A stretch of DNA of 32,000 nucleotides from Nitrosococcus oceani ATCC 19707 (GTDB lineage Bacteria; Pseudomonadota; Gammaproteobacteria; Nitrosococcales; Nitrosococcaceae). Of the stretch, positions 1 through 8,257 are shown in pieces (position 1 is the first letter of the stretch; each line of letters starts with the position of its first letter). The notes below the pieces were generated by a model. The model did not search any database. It was not told the origin of the DNA and saw only the letters and a list, made by a program, of their open reading frames with translations. The position numbers and the translations under genes are program-made. Where the stretch lies: contig NC_007484.1 in NCBI RefSeq assembly GCF_000012805.1, positions 570,001 to 602,000 on the forward strand, in the 5' to 3' direction.

Positions 1-339
1 AAACTATGCGATAGACTGGCTCCTGATTATGAAGCAATTCACGTCCGTAATATTGGTACGGGTTCAGCGAGTGATGTCGAAATATGGAATTATGCGGCGA
101 AAAATAACTACTCTATAGTTGCTAAGAATGAAGTTTTTAACGGCTTGTCACAAGTAAAGGGATTTCCTCCGCATGTTATATGGGTGCGATTGGATAATTT
201 TTCTACAAATAATGTCTTGAATATGTTAAAGAATAATCATTCGGCTATAGTTCAGATAATTGAGAGTGCTGAAGCCAGTATAATAAGGCAAGCGACGGCT
301 GCCGGGAACAGCCAAGCGAGACTTAGCCGTAAACTCTAA
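1..339 (+). CDS. DUF5615-like PIN-fold protein (putative toxin-type), 5' end outside the window
   Basis: Frame 1 is open from base 1 to the stop at 339. The translation KLCDRLAPDYEAIHVRNIGTGSASDVEIWNYAAKNNYSIVAKNEVF...PPHVIWVRLDNFSTNNV follows the pattern I associate with DUF5615/Mut7-C-like proteins. The listed TTG at 145 is an internal codon. Confidence 0.55.
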   Translation, partial: KLCDRLAPDYEAIHVRNIGTGSASDVEIWNYAAKNNYSIVAKNEVFNGLSQVKGFPPHVIWVRLDNFSTNNVLNMLKNNHSAIVQIIESAEASIIRQATAAGNSQARLSRKL

Positions 340-370
340 AATGTTTATCTAAAGGAGCCATCTACTCTAT

Positions 371-940
371 ATGCCACAATTCCTGCTAGGTCTCGCGTTA
401 TTCTTCGGCATGCATTCTATATCCATCGTAGCCTTGCCGCTACGTGATCAATTGGCGGCAAAAAGCGAAATCGGATGGAAAATACTGTATGGCAGTGTCT
501 CTCTCATTGGGATTATTCTCATATCAAGGGGTTACGTGGACCTAAGACAGGCACCCACTTTACTTTACGTATCACCTATTTGGTTGCATCATGTAGTTAC
601 CATTCTTTTGCTGCCAACATTCATTCTTTTTCTTGCGCCATACTTTCCTGGGCGAATTAATAACACTGTAAAACATCCGCAGCTTGTCGCTGTGATGATT
701 TGGGCCGTGGCGCACTTATTGGTAAACGGCACGTTAGCCGACCTATTGTTGTTCGGGTCGTTCTTGCTGTGGGCCATCGTAGATCGTATCTCGATGATGA
801 ATCGAGCTACCCGCTCAGTACCCAGTGTGCCTCAATCGAAAGCAAACGACATTATCGTGGTTGTGGTTGGCTTGGCTGTATATGCGGCAATCGTTTTCTG
901 GCTTCATGAAACGCTGCTAGGCGTGAAGCCGCTCATCTAG
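371..940 (+). CDS. NnrU family integral membrane protein
   Basis: ATG at 371 with AGGAG about 13 nt upstream. Multi-TM protein with HPQLVAVMIWAVAHLLVNGTLADLLLFGSFLLWAIVD, typical of NnrU-family proteins. Confidence 0.75.
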   Translation: MPQFLLGLALFFGMHSISIVALPLRDQLAAKSEIGWKILYGSVSLIGIILISRGYVDLRQAPTLLYVSPIWLHHVVTILLLPTFILFLAPYFPGRINNTVKHPQLVAVMIWAVAHLLVNGTLADLLLFGSFLLWAIVDRISMMNRATRSVPSVPQSKANDIIVVVVGLAVYAAIVFWLHETLLGVKPLI

Positions 941-1040
941 GTACTTTGCCAAATTGGAACCATTCCGGTCCGGGGTACTACCCAATTTCGACCCGACAGG
1001 CGCGAAAATAGGTTTAGCATTTTTTCTTAAGGAGAAAACA

Positions 1041-1487
1041 ATGTCAGAAACTGTAAGTAATATTCTCATAGAAGCCATTAACGATGAGTACAAGGCACGT
1101 GCAACATATCGCCATGTCATTCGTAAGTTCGGTGAAATACGCCCCTTCATTAATATCGTAGAAGCGGAAAGCCGACATATCGAAGCATTGTTACCTTTGT
1201 TTCATAAATATGGTGTTGCTGTTCCAGGAGATAATTGGGCTTCACGAATTGAAGCGCCTTTATCTGTTCTGGAAGCCTGTCAGATAGGAGTCGAAGCGGA
1301 AATCGAAAACGCAAACATGTACGATAGGTTGCTTGAATCGACAGCAGATTATCCAGACGTTCGGAGGGTGCTCGTCCAATTACAAAGAGCATCAATTGAT
1401 AATCACCTTCCTGCTTTTCGCCGATGCGTTGAAAGAGGCGGAAGTCCGGGGCAAGGTTGGCAACACGGCCATCGCCACGATGCCTGA
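1041..1487 (+). CDS. DUF2202 / ferritin-like domain protein
   Basis: ATG at 1041 preceded by AAGGAGAAAACA. AINDEYKARATYRHVIRKFGEIRPFINIVEAESRHIEALLPLFHKYGVAVP matches the DUF2202 ferritin-like pattern. The ORF-track start at 954 has no RBS and looks like an extension. Confidence 0.7.
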   Translation: MSETVSNILIEAINDEYKARATYRHVIRKFGEIRPFINIVEAESRHIEALLPLFHKYGVAVPGDNWASRIEAPLSVLEACQIGVEAEIENANMYDRLLESTADYPDVRRVLVQLQRASIDNHLPAFRRCVERGGSPGQGWQHGHRHDA

Positions 1488-1696
1488 GGACAACTAAAAA
1501 ATCATCGGCGGTGATGACATGGCATGATAGCTCGGTCCAGTGTCAGTTTATGGCAACCGGCTGCTACTCGCGTCGGAATTTGTCAAAGCAACGCCTATGT
1601 TAGCATTCGATCAACCGAACAGTTCTTTTAACTGGAGGGGTCTTACCTTTGCGATGACAGGCTGGTGGGAGGCTGGGAAGTAATAAGGCGCGCGGA

Positions 1697-1808
1697 GGTT
1701 GCTACCCAGGTGAGAGTCTTGCGTGCTAAGTCGTGGCTAGCCCGAAGCACTTGTCGGGGGGGAATGGCCGAGGCAATGGCTAGCCTGGAAACGTGGTAGC
1801 AAGCAACC
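1697..1808 (+). promoter_or_regulatory. Candidate structured 5' leader (nested long-range helices) upstream of the HMA-like gene
   Basis: The 357-nt spacer (1488-1844) has no ORF in the supplied six-frame track. TTGCTACC (1699-1706) pairs with GGTAGCAA (1795-1802). Nested inside, GGCTAGCC (1735-1742) pairs with GGCTAGCC (1778-1785). GCAACCGG and CGGTCCA are each repeated at about 1533-1560 and 1803-1814, which allows alternative pairings. Confidence 0.25.
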
Positions 1809-1844
1809 GGTCCAATACTACATTGAAATCAAAAGGAGCTGATC

Positions 1845-2315
1845 ATGTCGTCACATTCCGGGGTTCAGGTAAAGTTAGCGGACGTTCATCTCTGTTGCCA
1901 AGGCTGCGTGGATGCGGTTAATACCGCGCTCATGAGCGTGGATGGCGTAGATTCTGGTTGCGACAGGGAGAAGGGGACCGTGACGTTCACAGCCAACGAC
2001 GCCACCACGGCTCGGATGGCGCTTGATGCGCTTGCTGCTGCTGGCTTTTATGGCAAATCCGACAATACTCAACTGACGATGCGGGCCGTGGGCGACCTTC
2101 CCGAGGGCAAGGTTAATAGTCTGAAGGTCTCAGGTATCCATAATTGTTGTGCGCCGTGCTGCGAGGCGATTAAAGGAGCAATCGCGACTGTGGACGGCGT
2201 ATCGGGTGACACGGCTAAACCGAGGGCGACGACCTTTGAGGTCACTGGCAATTTCTCTGCCGCCGCTCTCATAAAGGCATTCAACGCCGCCGGCTTCAGC
2301 GCGCGGGTCGAATAA
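1845..2315 (+). CDS. Tandem heavy-metal-associated (HMA)-like domain protein with CCxxC / CCxxCC motifs
   Basis: ATG at 1845 with AAGGAG 7 nt upstream. Two ferredoxin-like repeats: VHLCCQGCVDAVNTALMSVDGV... and SGIHNCCAPCCEAIKGAIATVDGV..., each ending in an AAGF motif. Confidence 0.7.
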   Translation: MSSHSGVQVKLADVHLCCQGCVDAVNTALMSVDGVDSGCDREKGTVTFTANDATTARMALDALAAAGFYGKSDNTQLTMRAVGDLPEGKVNSLKVSGIHNCCAPCCEAIKGAIATVDGVSGDTAKPRATTFEVTGNFSAAALIKAFNAAGFSARVE

Positions 2316-2557
2316 TGAATAGCTGCATGCGCGGGTAGAGGTGTCTCGCTGCTTACTGTCGGAGCAAGTGCGGCCAACCAGATCTCACCACGGATCACCA
2401 CACCAGATGCTTATCATTTTCATTGACAAATTCGGACCAAACTAAGTCATCGCCTCCCACGCCAGCTAATTTTAGACTGGCTTCTGCCATATGATCGGGA
2501 AAGTGCCAGGTAGCCGTATAATGGCTGATATAGAGTTGTTAGGGTTAGGAAAAGACA

Positions 2558-3148
2558 ATGGCATACACGCTTCTCAAGTTCGTCCATTTACTTGGAGCTA
2601 TCCTCATCGGAGCGGGTTTGATCGGCGTGTGGATGTCCGATCTGAGATCACGACAGCTTCGTGAGCTTAATGTGTTTGCAGAGGCTGTTCGAAATATAGC
2701 GGTGTTCTACGATGGGGTGGTGGTACCGGGAGCCTTGCTTCTTTTGATCTCTGGTAGCTGGATGATCGTTAAATTTTACGGCGGTTGGGATTTTGTGAAG
2801 ATTTCCTGGCTGCTCGGGATGGTAGTACTTTTCGCCTTCGAATTTATTGAAGAAAATACGGTGACCCGTCTCTATTTCATGCGGCTGCGGTGGGTCACCA
2901 GAGATGCACTACAGAGGGGTGCGATTACGTCGGAACTCGAGAAGGTTCGAGGCGAAGGTATTCCTACATTTACGCATTTTCTTGATTTGCCCATTCTCTT
3001 TCTGATAGTGGCGCTCGGCGTTATCAGACCCGCAAGCTGGACACTATTCATTGTCGGCGGTATTTTTGCTATTGCTATCGCAACGGCACTGACGTTGTAT
3101 ATCCCGAAATTATACCCATGGGGTGAAGAAGCAAAAGAAGCGCCCTAA
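2558..3148 (+). CDS. Integral membrane protein, DUF2269-like
   Basis: ATG at 2558 with AGGAAAAG upstream. Four predicted TM helices. The N-terminus MAYTLLKFVHLLGAILIGAGL resembles DUF2269 proteins; the family name comes from memory only. Confidence 0.5.
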   Translation: MAYTLLKFVHLLGAILIGAGLIGVWMSDLRSRQLRELNVFAEAVRNIAVFYDGVVVPGALLLLISGSWMIVKFYGGWDFVKISWLLGMVVLFAFEFIEENTVTRLYFMRLRWVTRDALQRGAITSELEKVRGEGIPTFTHFLDLPILFLIVALGVIRPASWTLFIVGGIFAIAIATALTLYIPKLYPWGEEAKEAP

Positions 3149-3312
3149 TAAATTTATCAAGACTGAAGCGGAAAGGCGCACTGACGCTTTTACGTATGGT
3201 GGGTGTGGGGCGAGGAGTTTTACTGACCCCCGTCCTATCTTCAGATTTATAGATGAGAAGAAAGAAGGTAAGAGGCGGCAGTCCATTGCCACTAAATAAT
3301 ATCCATTTAAAT

Positions 3313-3801
3313 TTAATAATTTTGGTAGGCGTTGAACGGTTTTGACTGGCCTGCTTCATTAAATTGAAGAACATGGAAAGGATCTTTTCTTGCCCCCATT
3401 TCCATGCCTGGCGTGCCTACTGGCATGGCGGGAACCGTCAGGCCCGTTATTTTAGATTTCTCCATGAGGAGGCGTTTGATATCGTCGGCGGGAACATGGC
3501 CTTCAATGACATAACCATCGATAATGGCCGTATGGCAGGAAGCCAGCTCCCGGGGAACACCATATTGTTGCTTTAGGGTTTGCATATTGTCGGTGGTAAT
3601 ATCTTTAACAGTGAAGTGGTGTTGTTCCAGATGTTCGACCCATTTCTTACAGCAGCCGCAGGTAGGACTGCGATAGACCGTGATATTGGAGGGGCCGAAG
3701 TAGGAGACCTGGGCCTTGTCCCATACGCTTTCCTCAGCATGGGAAGAGATGACCGGTAAAACTAATAGCAGACCTAGGCTAAGCTGATAGATTAATCGCA
3801 T
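3313..3801 (-). CDS. Periplasmic metal-binding protein, DUF411 (CopG-like)
   Basis: Signal peptide MRLIYQLSLGLLLVLPVISSHA. CGCCKKWVEHL...ASCHTAIIDGYVIEGHVPADDIKRLL is the characteristic DUF411 signature. Confidence 0.8.
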   Translation of the reverse strand: MRLIYQLSLGLLLVLPVISSHAEESVWDKAQVSYFGPSNITVYRSPTCGCCKKWVEHLEQHHFTVKDITTDNMQTLKQQYGVPRELASCHTAIIDGYVIEGHVPADDIKRLLMEKSKITGLTVPAMPVGTPGMEMGARKDPFHVLQFNEAGQSKPFNAYQNY

Positions 3802-4025
3802 TTATTTGCTCCAAAAGATAGTTTATCGGAATTCGAACCCGCAATCCCCATTGCACAAAGCGAAGAAGGGGGTGACATAGTCCGTCCAGTAGTAGGTTTC
3901 ATGGATTTTCAGAAGGAAGTATGCGGAATAACCGCATTTTCTAACCCATAGACTCACCAATAAGACAACCCAAGATACGGGAAATTCCCCCTTGCCCTAT
4001 AGAAAATCTCCACTGGGAACTGGGA

Positions 4026-5231
4026 TTATGCTCCCGCCAAGCGATCGATGATTTTGAAACCGGCCACATAAGTCCCTACGGCGCTGCCGAGGGTGCTGAG
4101 TAAAAATACCAGCAGAATCCGAGTAACGCGGTTGCGCCACCAACCTTTGATATGGACGGTTTCCTGCCGGAGGCGGCTGAAATCTCCCACGGTAGGCCGG
4201 CGGAGAAATGTTTCAATCGCGGCGGTGACCATACCTGCCCCGATGGTGGGGTTTAGAGAAGTCAAAGGCGCGGCGGCGAATGCGCCTACGATGGTTAGAG
4301 GGTGAGCGCCAGCGATGAGGGCTCCCAAGGCAGCCAGGCCACCGTTGATTAAAATCCAGTCTATAATCAACTGCCAGCCCAGTTCGGGACTACGGTAAAA
4401 ACCAAAGATGAAGCCAACCAACACCAGAACCACGATCAACCAGGGGATAATTTTAGGCCAACGGCTCGGGGGGGGGATCTGATCCAGTTCGGTGATAGTT
4501 TTTTTCGCGGGTGTAGCGTCGTCTTGCTCTAGGTAACGGGTCACACCCCGGAGATGTCCCGCCCCGATAACCCCTAAGAGATGACGGTATTCATTCTGAT
4601 TGATTTCTTCCCGGAGGCGGGCTGCCATGTAGCGGTCCCGCTCGTCGATGAGAGGTAAGTAGAGATTTTCCGCTTCCATTGCAAACTGGGAGAAGGTCGT
4701 TTCCAGGACGTCTCCCTCCTTAAGGCGTTCTACTTCTTCTTCGCTGACTGTATCCCGGGATATTAGGCTGGCAAACAGACCGCCGATCAAATTAAAGCGT
4801 TGCCACCAAGGAACATTGCGGTAGATGCGCTTGAGGGTGGTGCCGACTTCTCGGTCGATCAACAATACGGGAAGTTTAGCACTATGGGCTGAATCGACGG
4901 CCGCGCGCATCTCCGCGCCGGGTTCGATACCAAACTGCTCGGCTATCCGTTGCTGATAAGCGCCCAAGGCCAGACTGGCTGTCACCATGGCAGCCTTGCC
5001 TTTGCGGAGTACTTCGAGCAGATCCATGCGGGAGAGGGCATTAGGGTTGATGAGGGCCTGGTAACGGCTCGGGCAGAGTTCAACCGCCACTGCATCGTAG
5101 TCCCCCGTTGCCAGCAGTGCCTTGACGTGCTCGGCACTAGCTCGCGAGACATGGGCGGTGCCCAGAAGGGTAATCTGACGATCAGCGAATTTAATGATAC
5201 TCAGAGGCTGTTGCTGTTCGGTGCTATTCAT
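4026..5231 (-). CDS. TraB/GumN family protein with C-terminal membrane domain
   Basis: N-terminal ITLLGTAHVSRASAEHVKALL and VIGAGHLRGV motifs typical of the TraB family. Hydrophobic C-terminal third. Confidence 0.8.
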   Translation of the reverse strand: MNSTEQQQPLSIIKFADRQITLLGTAHVSRASAEHVKALLATGDYDAVAVELCPSRYQALINPNALSRMDLLEVLRKGKAAMVTASLALGAYQQRIAEQFGIEPGAEMRAAVDSAHSAKLPVLLIDREVGTTLKRIYRNVPWWQRFNLIGGLFASLISRDTVSEEEVERLKEGDVLETTFSQFAMEAENLYLPLIDERDRYMAARLREEINQNEYRHLLGVIGAGHLRGVTRYLEQDDATPAKKTITELDQIPPPSRWPKIIPWLIVVLVLVGFIFGFYRSPELGWQLIIDWILINGGLAALGALIAGAHPLTIVGAFAAAPLTSLNPTIGAGMVTAAIETFLRRPTVGDFSRLRQETVHIKGWWRNRVTRILLVFLLSTLGSAVGTYVAGFKIIDRLAGA

Positions 5232-5343
5232 CTACATAAAATAAGAATGCCAACTAGCAGGTTCGGCATAATTGCAGGTGCGCTAAAAGGGCAGGTCCGT
5301 CCGTATGGCACCATGTTGACCATACCCTTGGCGTTGTTTTGTT

Positions 5344-6315
5344 TTAATTGGTTTGAAGGGTGTATTTCTGCAGCCGGTAACAGAGCGTATCGCGGCTAAT
5401 ACCCAACAGCCGCGCGGCTTTAGCGCGATTACCCTTAGTTTTGGCGATGGCTTGGTGAATGAGCTCCATCTCTACCCGATCGAGTTCTAGACCGCTTTCT
5501 GGCAAGGTGATCAGTGGTTTTTCCCCCTTTTCTGGCGGCAGGTTTAAGTCGCCGCGGATGTTAAAGGGCAGATTCTGGGGGGTAATGATTTGGCCAGGTA
5601 ACAGCACCATCATGCGCTCGCAAAAATTACGCAATTCCCGCACATTGCCGGGCCAGGAATAGAGGTTGAGAGCCCGTAAGGCAGCGGCATTAAAGCCCGC
5701 GGGCGTAAGGCCGTGGTGTTGCTGGGCAAAGACGGCGCAAAAGTGCTTTAAAAGCTTATGGATATCTCCTTCCCGTGCCCGCAAGGGCGGTATTTCCAGG
5801 GGCACCACATGGAGACGATAGTAGAGATCCTGGCGAAACCGTCCTTCCTGGATTCGTTGGTTTAGATTGCAATTGGTGGCGGCGATAACCCGCACATCGC
5901 AGTGCTGGACCCGCGTATCGCCAATGGCCTGGCATTCGCCAGATTCCAGGAAGCGGAGCAGCTTGGCCTGAACCGCGGGGGAGAGCTCGTTGACTTCATC
6001 CAGGAATACAGTGCCCCCTTCAGCAGCCCGGAAACGTCCCAAATGATCATGGACGGCGCCAGAGAAAGCGCCGCGGCGATGGCCAAAAAGTTCCGATTCG
6101 GCTAGCCCTTCCGGCAGTGCCGCACAGTTAATGGCTGCAAATGCTTTGTTTGCCCGCTGGCTCTCGGCATGAATGGCCTGTGCCAATAGCTCTTTACCTG
6201 TACCCGTCTCTCCTATAATGAGTGCGGTCACCTCTGTGGCCGCCACCATGCGCGCACTGCGCAAAAGGGCCTCGAAAGCCGGCGCTTTACCAATCAGTGA
6301 ATCAAACCCATCCAT
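5344..6315 (-). CDS. Sigma-54-dependent transcriptional activator (AAA+ plus Fis-type HTH only, no N-terminal sensor domain)
   Basis: Walker A GETGTGKELLAQAIH, GAFSGA (GAFTGA-type sigma-54 contact loop), Walker B VFLDEV, VRVIAATN, and C-terminal HTH KAARLLGISRDTLCYRLQKY. At 323 aa it starts directly with the AAA+ domain. Confidence 0.9.
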   Translation of the reverse strand: MDGFDSLIGKAPAFEALLRSARMVAATEVTALIIGETGTGKELLAQAIHAESQRANKAFAAINCAALPEGLAESELFGHRRGAFSGAVHDHLGRFRAAEGGTVFLDEVNELSPAVQAKLLRFLESGECQAIGDTRVQHCDVRVIAATNCNLNQRIQEGRFRQDLYYRLHVVPLEIPPLRAREGDIHKLLKHFCAVFAQQHHGLTPAGFNAAALRALNLYSWPGNVRELRNFCERMMVLLPGQIITPQNLPFNIRGDLNLPPEKGEKPLITLPESGLELDRVEMELIHQAIAKTKGNRAKAARLLGISRDTLCYRLQKYTLQTN

Positions 6316-6385
6316 CCCGTCACCTATTTATCCATTTAATTATTGATGATTCAAACGGTATATTACCCTATTTTCCGTGGCTGTA

Positions 6386-7114
6386 TTAGCCCCTATAGAA
6401 GCCAACGGCCAGCAAGTTAACCAGGGCCATGGCGATAATGACTAAACCGGCTACGAGGCGCAGGCGATTGAGGCTAGCGAGGTGAGCCATCCAAGCGGTA
6501 AAAATGCCCGTGCTCATCACTGTTGGCAAAGTGCCCATACCAAAGGCAAGCATGGTCAAGGCACTTTGGGTTCCACTACCGGTAGTGGCGGCTACCGCAA
6601 CGGCATTGTAAACCAGGCCACAGGGAAGCCAGCCCCAAATAGTACCAAAGACAAAGGCTTGCGTCCGGGTGCGAACGGGTATCAGCCGCCGCCCCAGGGG
6701 CTCTAGCCGGCGCCATAGAGGAACACCTATTCGCTCTACCACAGCAAAGCGGGGGAACCAATTAGCAAGATACAATCCCGTGCCCAACATGATAAGGGAT
6801 GAAACCGCCTGCAATATATCGTGTCCTGAGACCCCGAAGACTAGAGGATGGCTGAGGGAACCCAGTAACCCCACCAGCAACCCCATTATGAATCCCATGG
6901 TAATGTAACTTGCGACTCGGCCTAAATTATAGGCAAAGACAAAAGTGAGTAATCGCTTTTTGTCGCTGCGGATTTCCCGTGGCAAGCTCAAGGTTAGCGT
7001 GCCGATGATCGCCCCGCACATGGCAACACAATGCAGTCCACTCAGCAAACCCAGCAAAAGGGCGAAGGTGAAAGAGGTGGTAAAAAGAGGATCTAAAAGT
7101 GTCACAAATAACAA
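6386..7114 (-). CDS. DsbD_2 / TauE-SafE-like membrane protein with HCxxMCG motif
   Basis: Polytopic membrane protein with LSGLHCVAMCGAIIG in the first TM helix. The start is uncertain (TTG at 7114 or GTG at 7105; no nearby ATG). Confidence 0.65.
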   Translation of the reverse strand: MLFVTLLDPLFTTSFTFALLLGLLSGLHCVAMCGAIIGTLTLSLPREIRSDKKRLLTFVFAYNLGRVASYITMGFIMGLLVGLLGSLSHPLVFGVSGHDILQAVSSLIMLGTGLYLANWFPRFAVVERIGVPLWRRLEPLGRRLIPVRTRTQAFVFGTIWGWLPCGLVYNAVAVAATTGSGTQSALTMLAFGMGTLPTVMSTGIFTAWMAHLASLNRLRLVAGLVIIAMALVNLLAVGFYRG

Positions 7115-7183
7115 AATAAATAGAAAAGTAGGGAACTTTAGGCCATATCAAAGGCCAAGCATTTATATAACCGACTCTATAAT

Positions 7184-7199
7184 AGCAAAGCGTAGGCCA
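7184..7199 (-). promoter_or_regulatory. Candidate sigma-54 (-24/-12) promoter upstream of the DsbD_2-like gene
   Basis: The minus strand reads TGGCCTACGCTTTGCT. GG and GC are separated by exactly 10 nt, and the TGGC and TTGC cores match TGGCAC-N5-TTGC. It lies about 70 nt upstream of the 7114 start, and a sigma-54 activator is encoded just downstream on the same strand. Confidence 0.3.
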
Positions 7200-7501
7200 A
7201 ATTATCCGTCTGGTATTCATCGTTTTTAATTTAAGGTTACATCTAACTAATTCGGTATTTAAGCGATAATACGCACCTCGTTAAATCCAGTGAAATTCGT
7301 ATTTATTTGAAGTAAATAGCTTCTGGTAGATGGATTCGGAATTATCAAAAGAAGACTCGCAAGGAGCCGTTTCTAGAGGATATGGAAACCATTATTCTCT
7401 GGCGGGGACTTGTTGAGGGTTATTGATCCTGCTCCTTGACATTATTCTGTATAGGCTCAGAATTTTAACATTCGGCTCCCCCCATTCCAGAGTACAAGGG
7501 C

Positions 7502-8257
7502 ATGCTAGAACTGGAAGCAGTTTCTAAACGCTACGGTAGTACCATCGCTTTACATACTACGGATCTGTCTATTGTCCAAGGTTGGACCACCGTTCTAATC
7601 GGCCCTAGCGGTTGCGGTAAATCTACACTGCTGCGATTAATGATAGGGCTCATTCAGCCAGATACGGGCATAATCCGTTTCGAGGGCGCCTCCCTAACCA
7701 CCACTAGCATTTTAGCACAGCGCCGGGAGATGGGGTACGTGATTCAAGAGGGGGGATTGTTTCCCCATTTCACGGCGCGGGGCAATATTGTTTTGATGGC
7801 CGAGCATCTAGGATGGGATAAAGCGCGGATACACCGGCGGCTTGAGGCGCTGGTGACGCTCACCCGTTTTCCCAGCGAGGCTTTGGACCGATACCCCATC
7901 CAGCTTTCTGGCGGGCAACGTCAGCGAGTCGCTTTGATGCGTGCATTGATGCTTGATCCAAGCTTGCTATTGCTGGATGAGCCCTTAGGCGCCCTAGATC
8001 CTTTGAACCGCTATGAACTGCAAGCCGAACTGAAAGAAGTTTTTAGGTCGTTAGGTAAAACCGTGGTGATGGTGACCCACGATATGGGAGAGGCAGCTCA
8101 TTTTGGTGATCACATCGTATTGCTGCAGGAAGGAAGAATCGTGCAGCAAGGGAGCATTCGAGATTTAGTGGAAAACCCTGGTGCGCCTTTCGTAGAACGC
8201 TTTATTCGTGCCCAACGTTCGCCCTTGGAGGCTTATGGAAGGCCGCACAGTGAATAA
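7502..8257 (+). CDS. ABC transporter ATP-binding protein (osmoprotectant/glycine-betaine-type uptake system)
   Basis: Walker A GPSGCGKST, signature LSGGQRQRVAL, Walker B LLLLDEP, H-loop VTHD. Followed by an OpuC-type binding-protein/permease gene. Confidence 0.9.
   Translation: MLELEAVSKRYGSTIALHTTDLSIVQGWTTVLIGPSGCGKSTLLRLMIGLIQPDTGIIRFEGASLTTTSILAQRREMGYVIQEGGLFPHFTARGNIVLMAEHLGWDKARIHRRLEALVTLTRFPSEALDRYPIQLSGGQRQRVALMRALMLDPSLLLLDEPLGALDPLNRYELQAELKEVFRSLGKTVVMVTHDMGEAAHFGDHIVLLQEGRIVQQGSIRDLVENPGAPFVERFIRAQRSPLEAYGRPHSE

Noticed and set aside
1786-1803. GG-N10-GC spacing (CTGGAAACGTGGTAGCAAG) upstream of the HMA-like gene as a second sigma-54 promoter
   Set aside because: Only the invariant dinucleotides match, and the surrounding TGGCAC and TTGC positions do not. 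The sequence is also part of the proposed leader helix.
3815-3850. A tRNA-like fragment (minus strand TGCGGGTTCGAATTCCG) resembling the T-arm of the tRNA-Ser at 25004-25095, as a possible distal att site of a 21-kb island
   Set aside because: The similarity is limited to about 16 nt of the near-universal GGTTCGAAT T-loop region. The flanking bases cannot form a T-stem, and the 3' acceptor/CCA portion normally duplicated by integration is absent. The intervening genes include ordinary chromosomal functions.
5303-5320. TGGCAC-CATG-TTGAC resembling a sigma-54 promoter between the TraB-like gene and the activator gene
   Set aside because: The spacing is one nucleotide short, the -12 element is TTGA rather than TTGC, and it lies on the plus strand pointing into the 3' end of a minus-strand gene.
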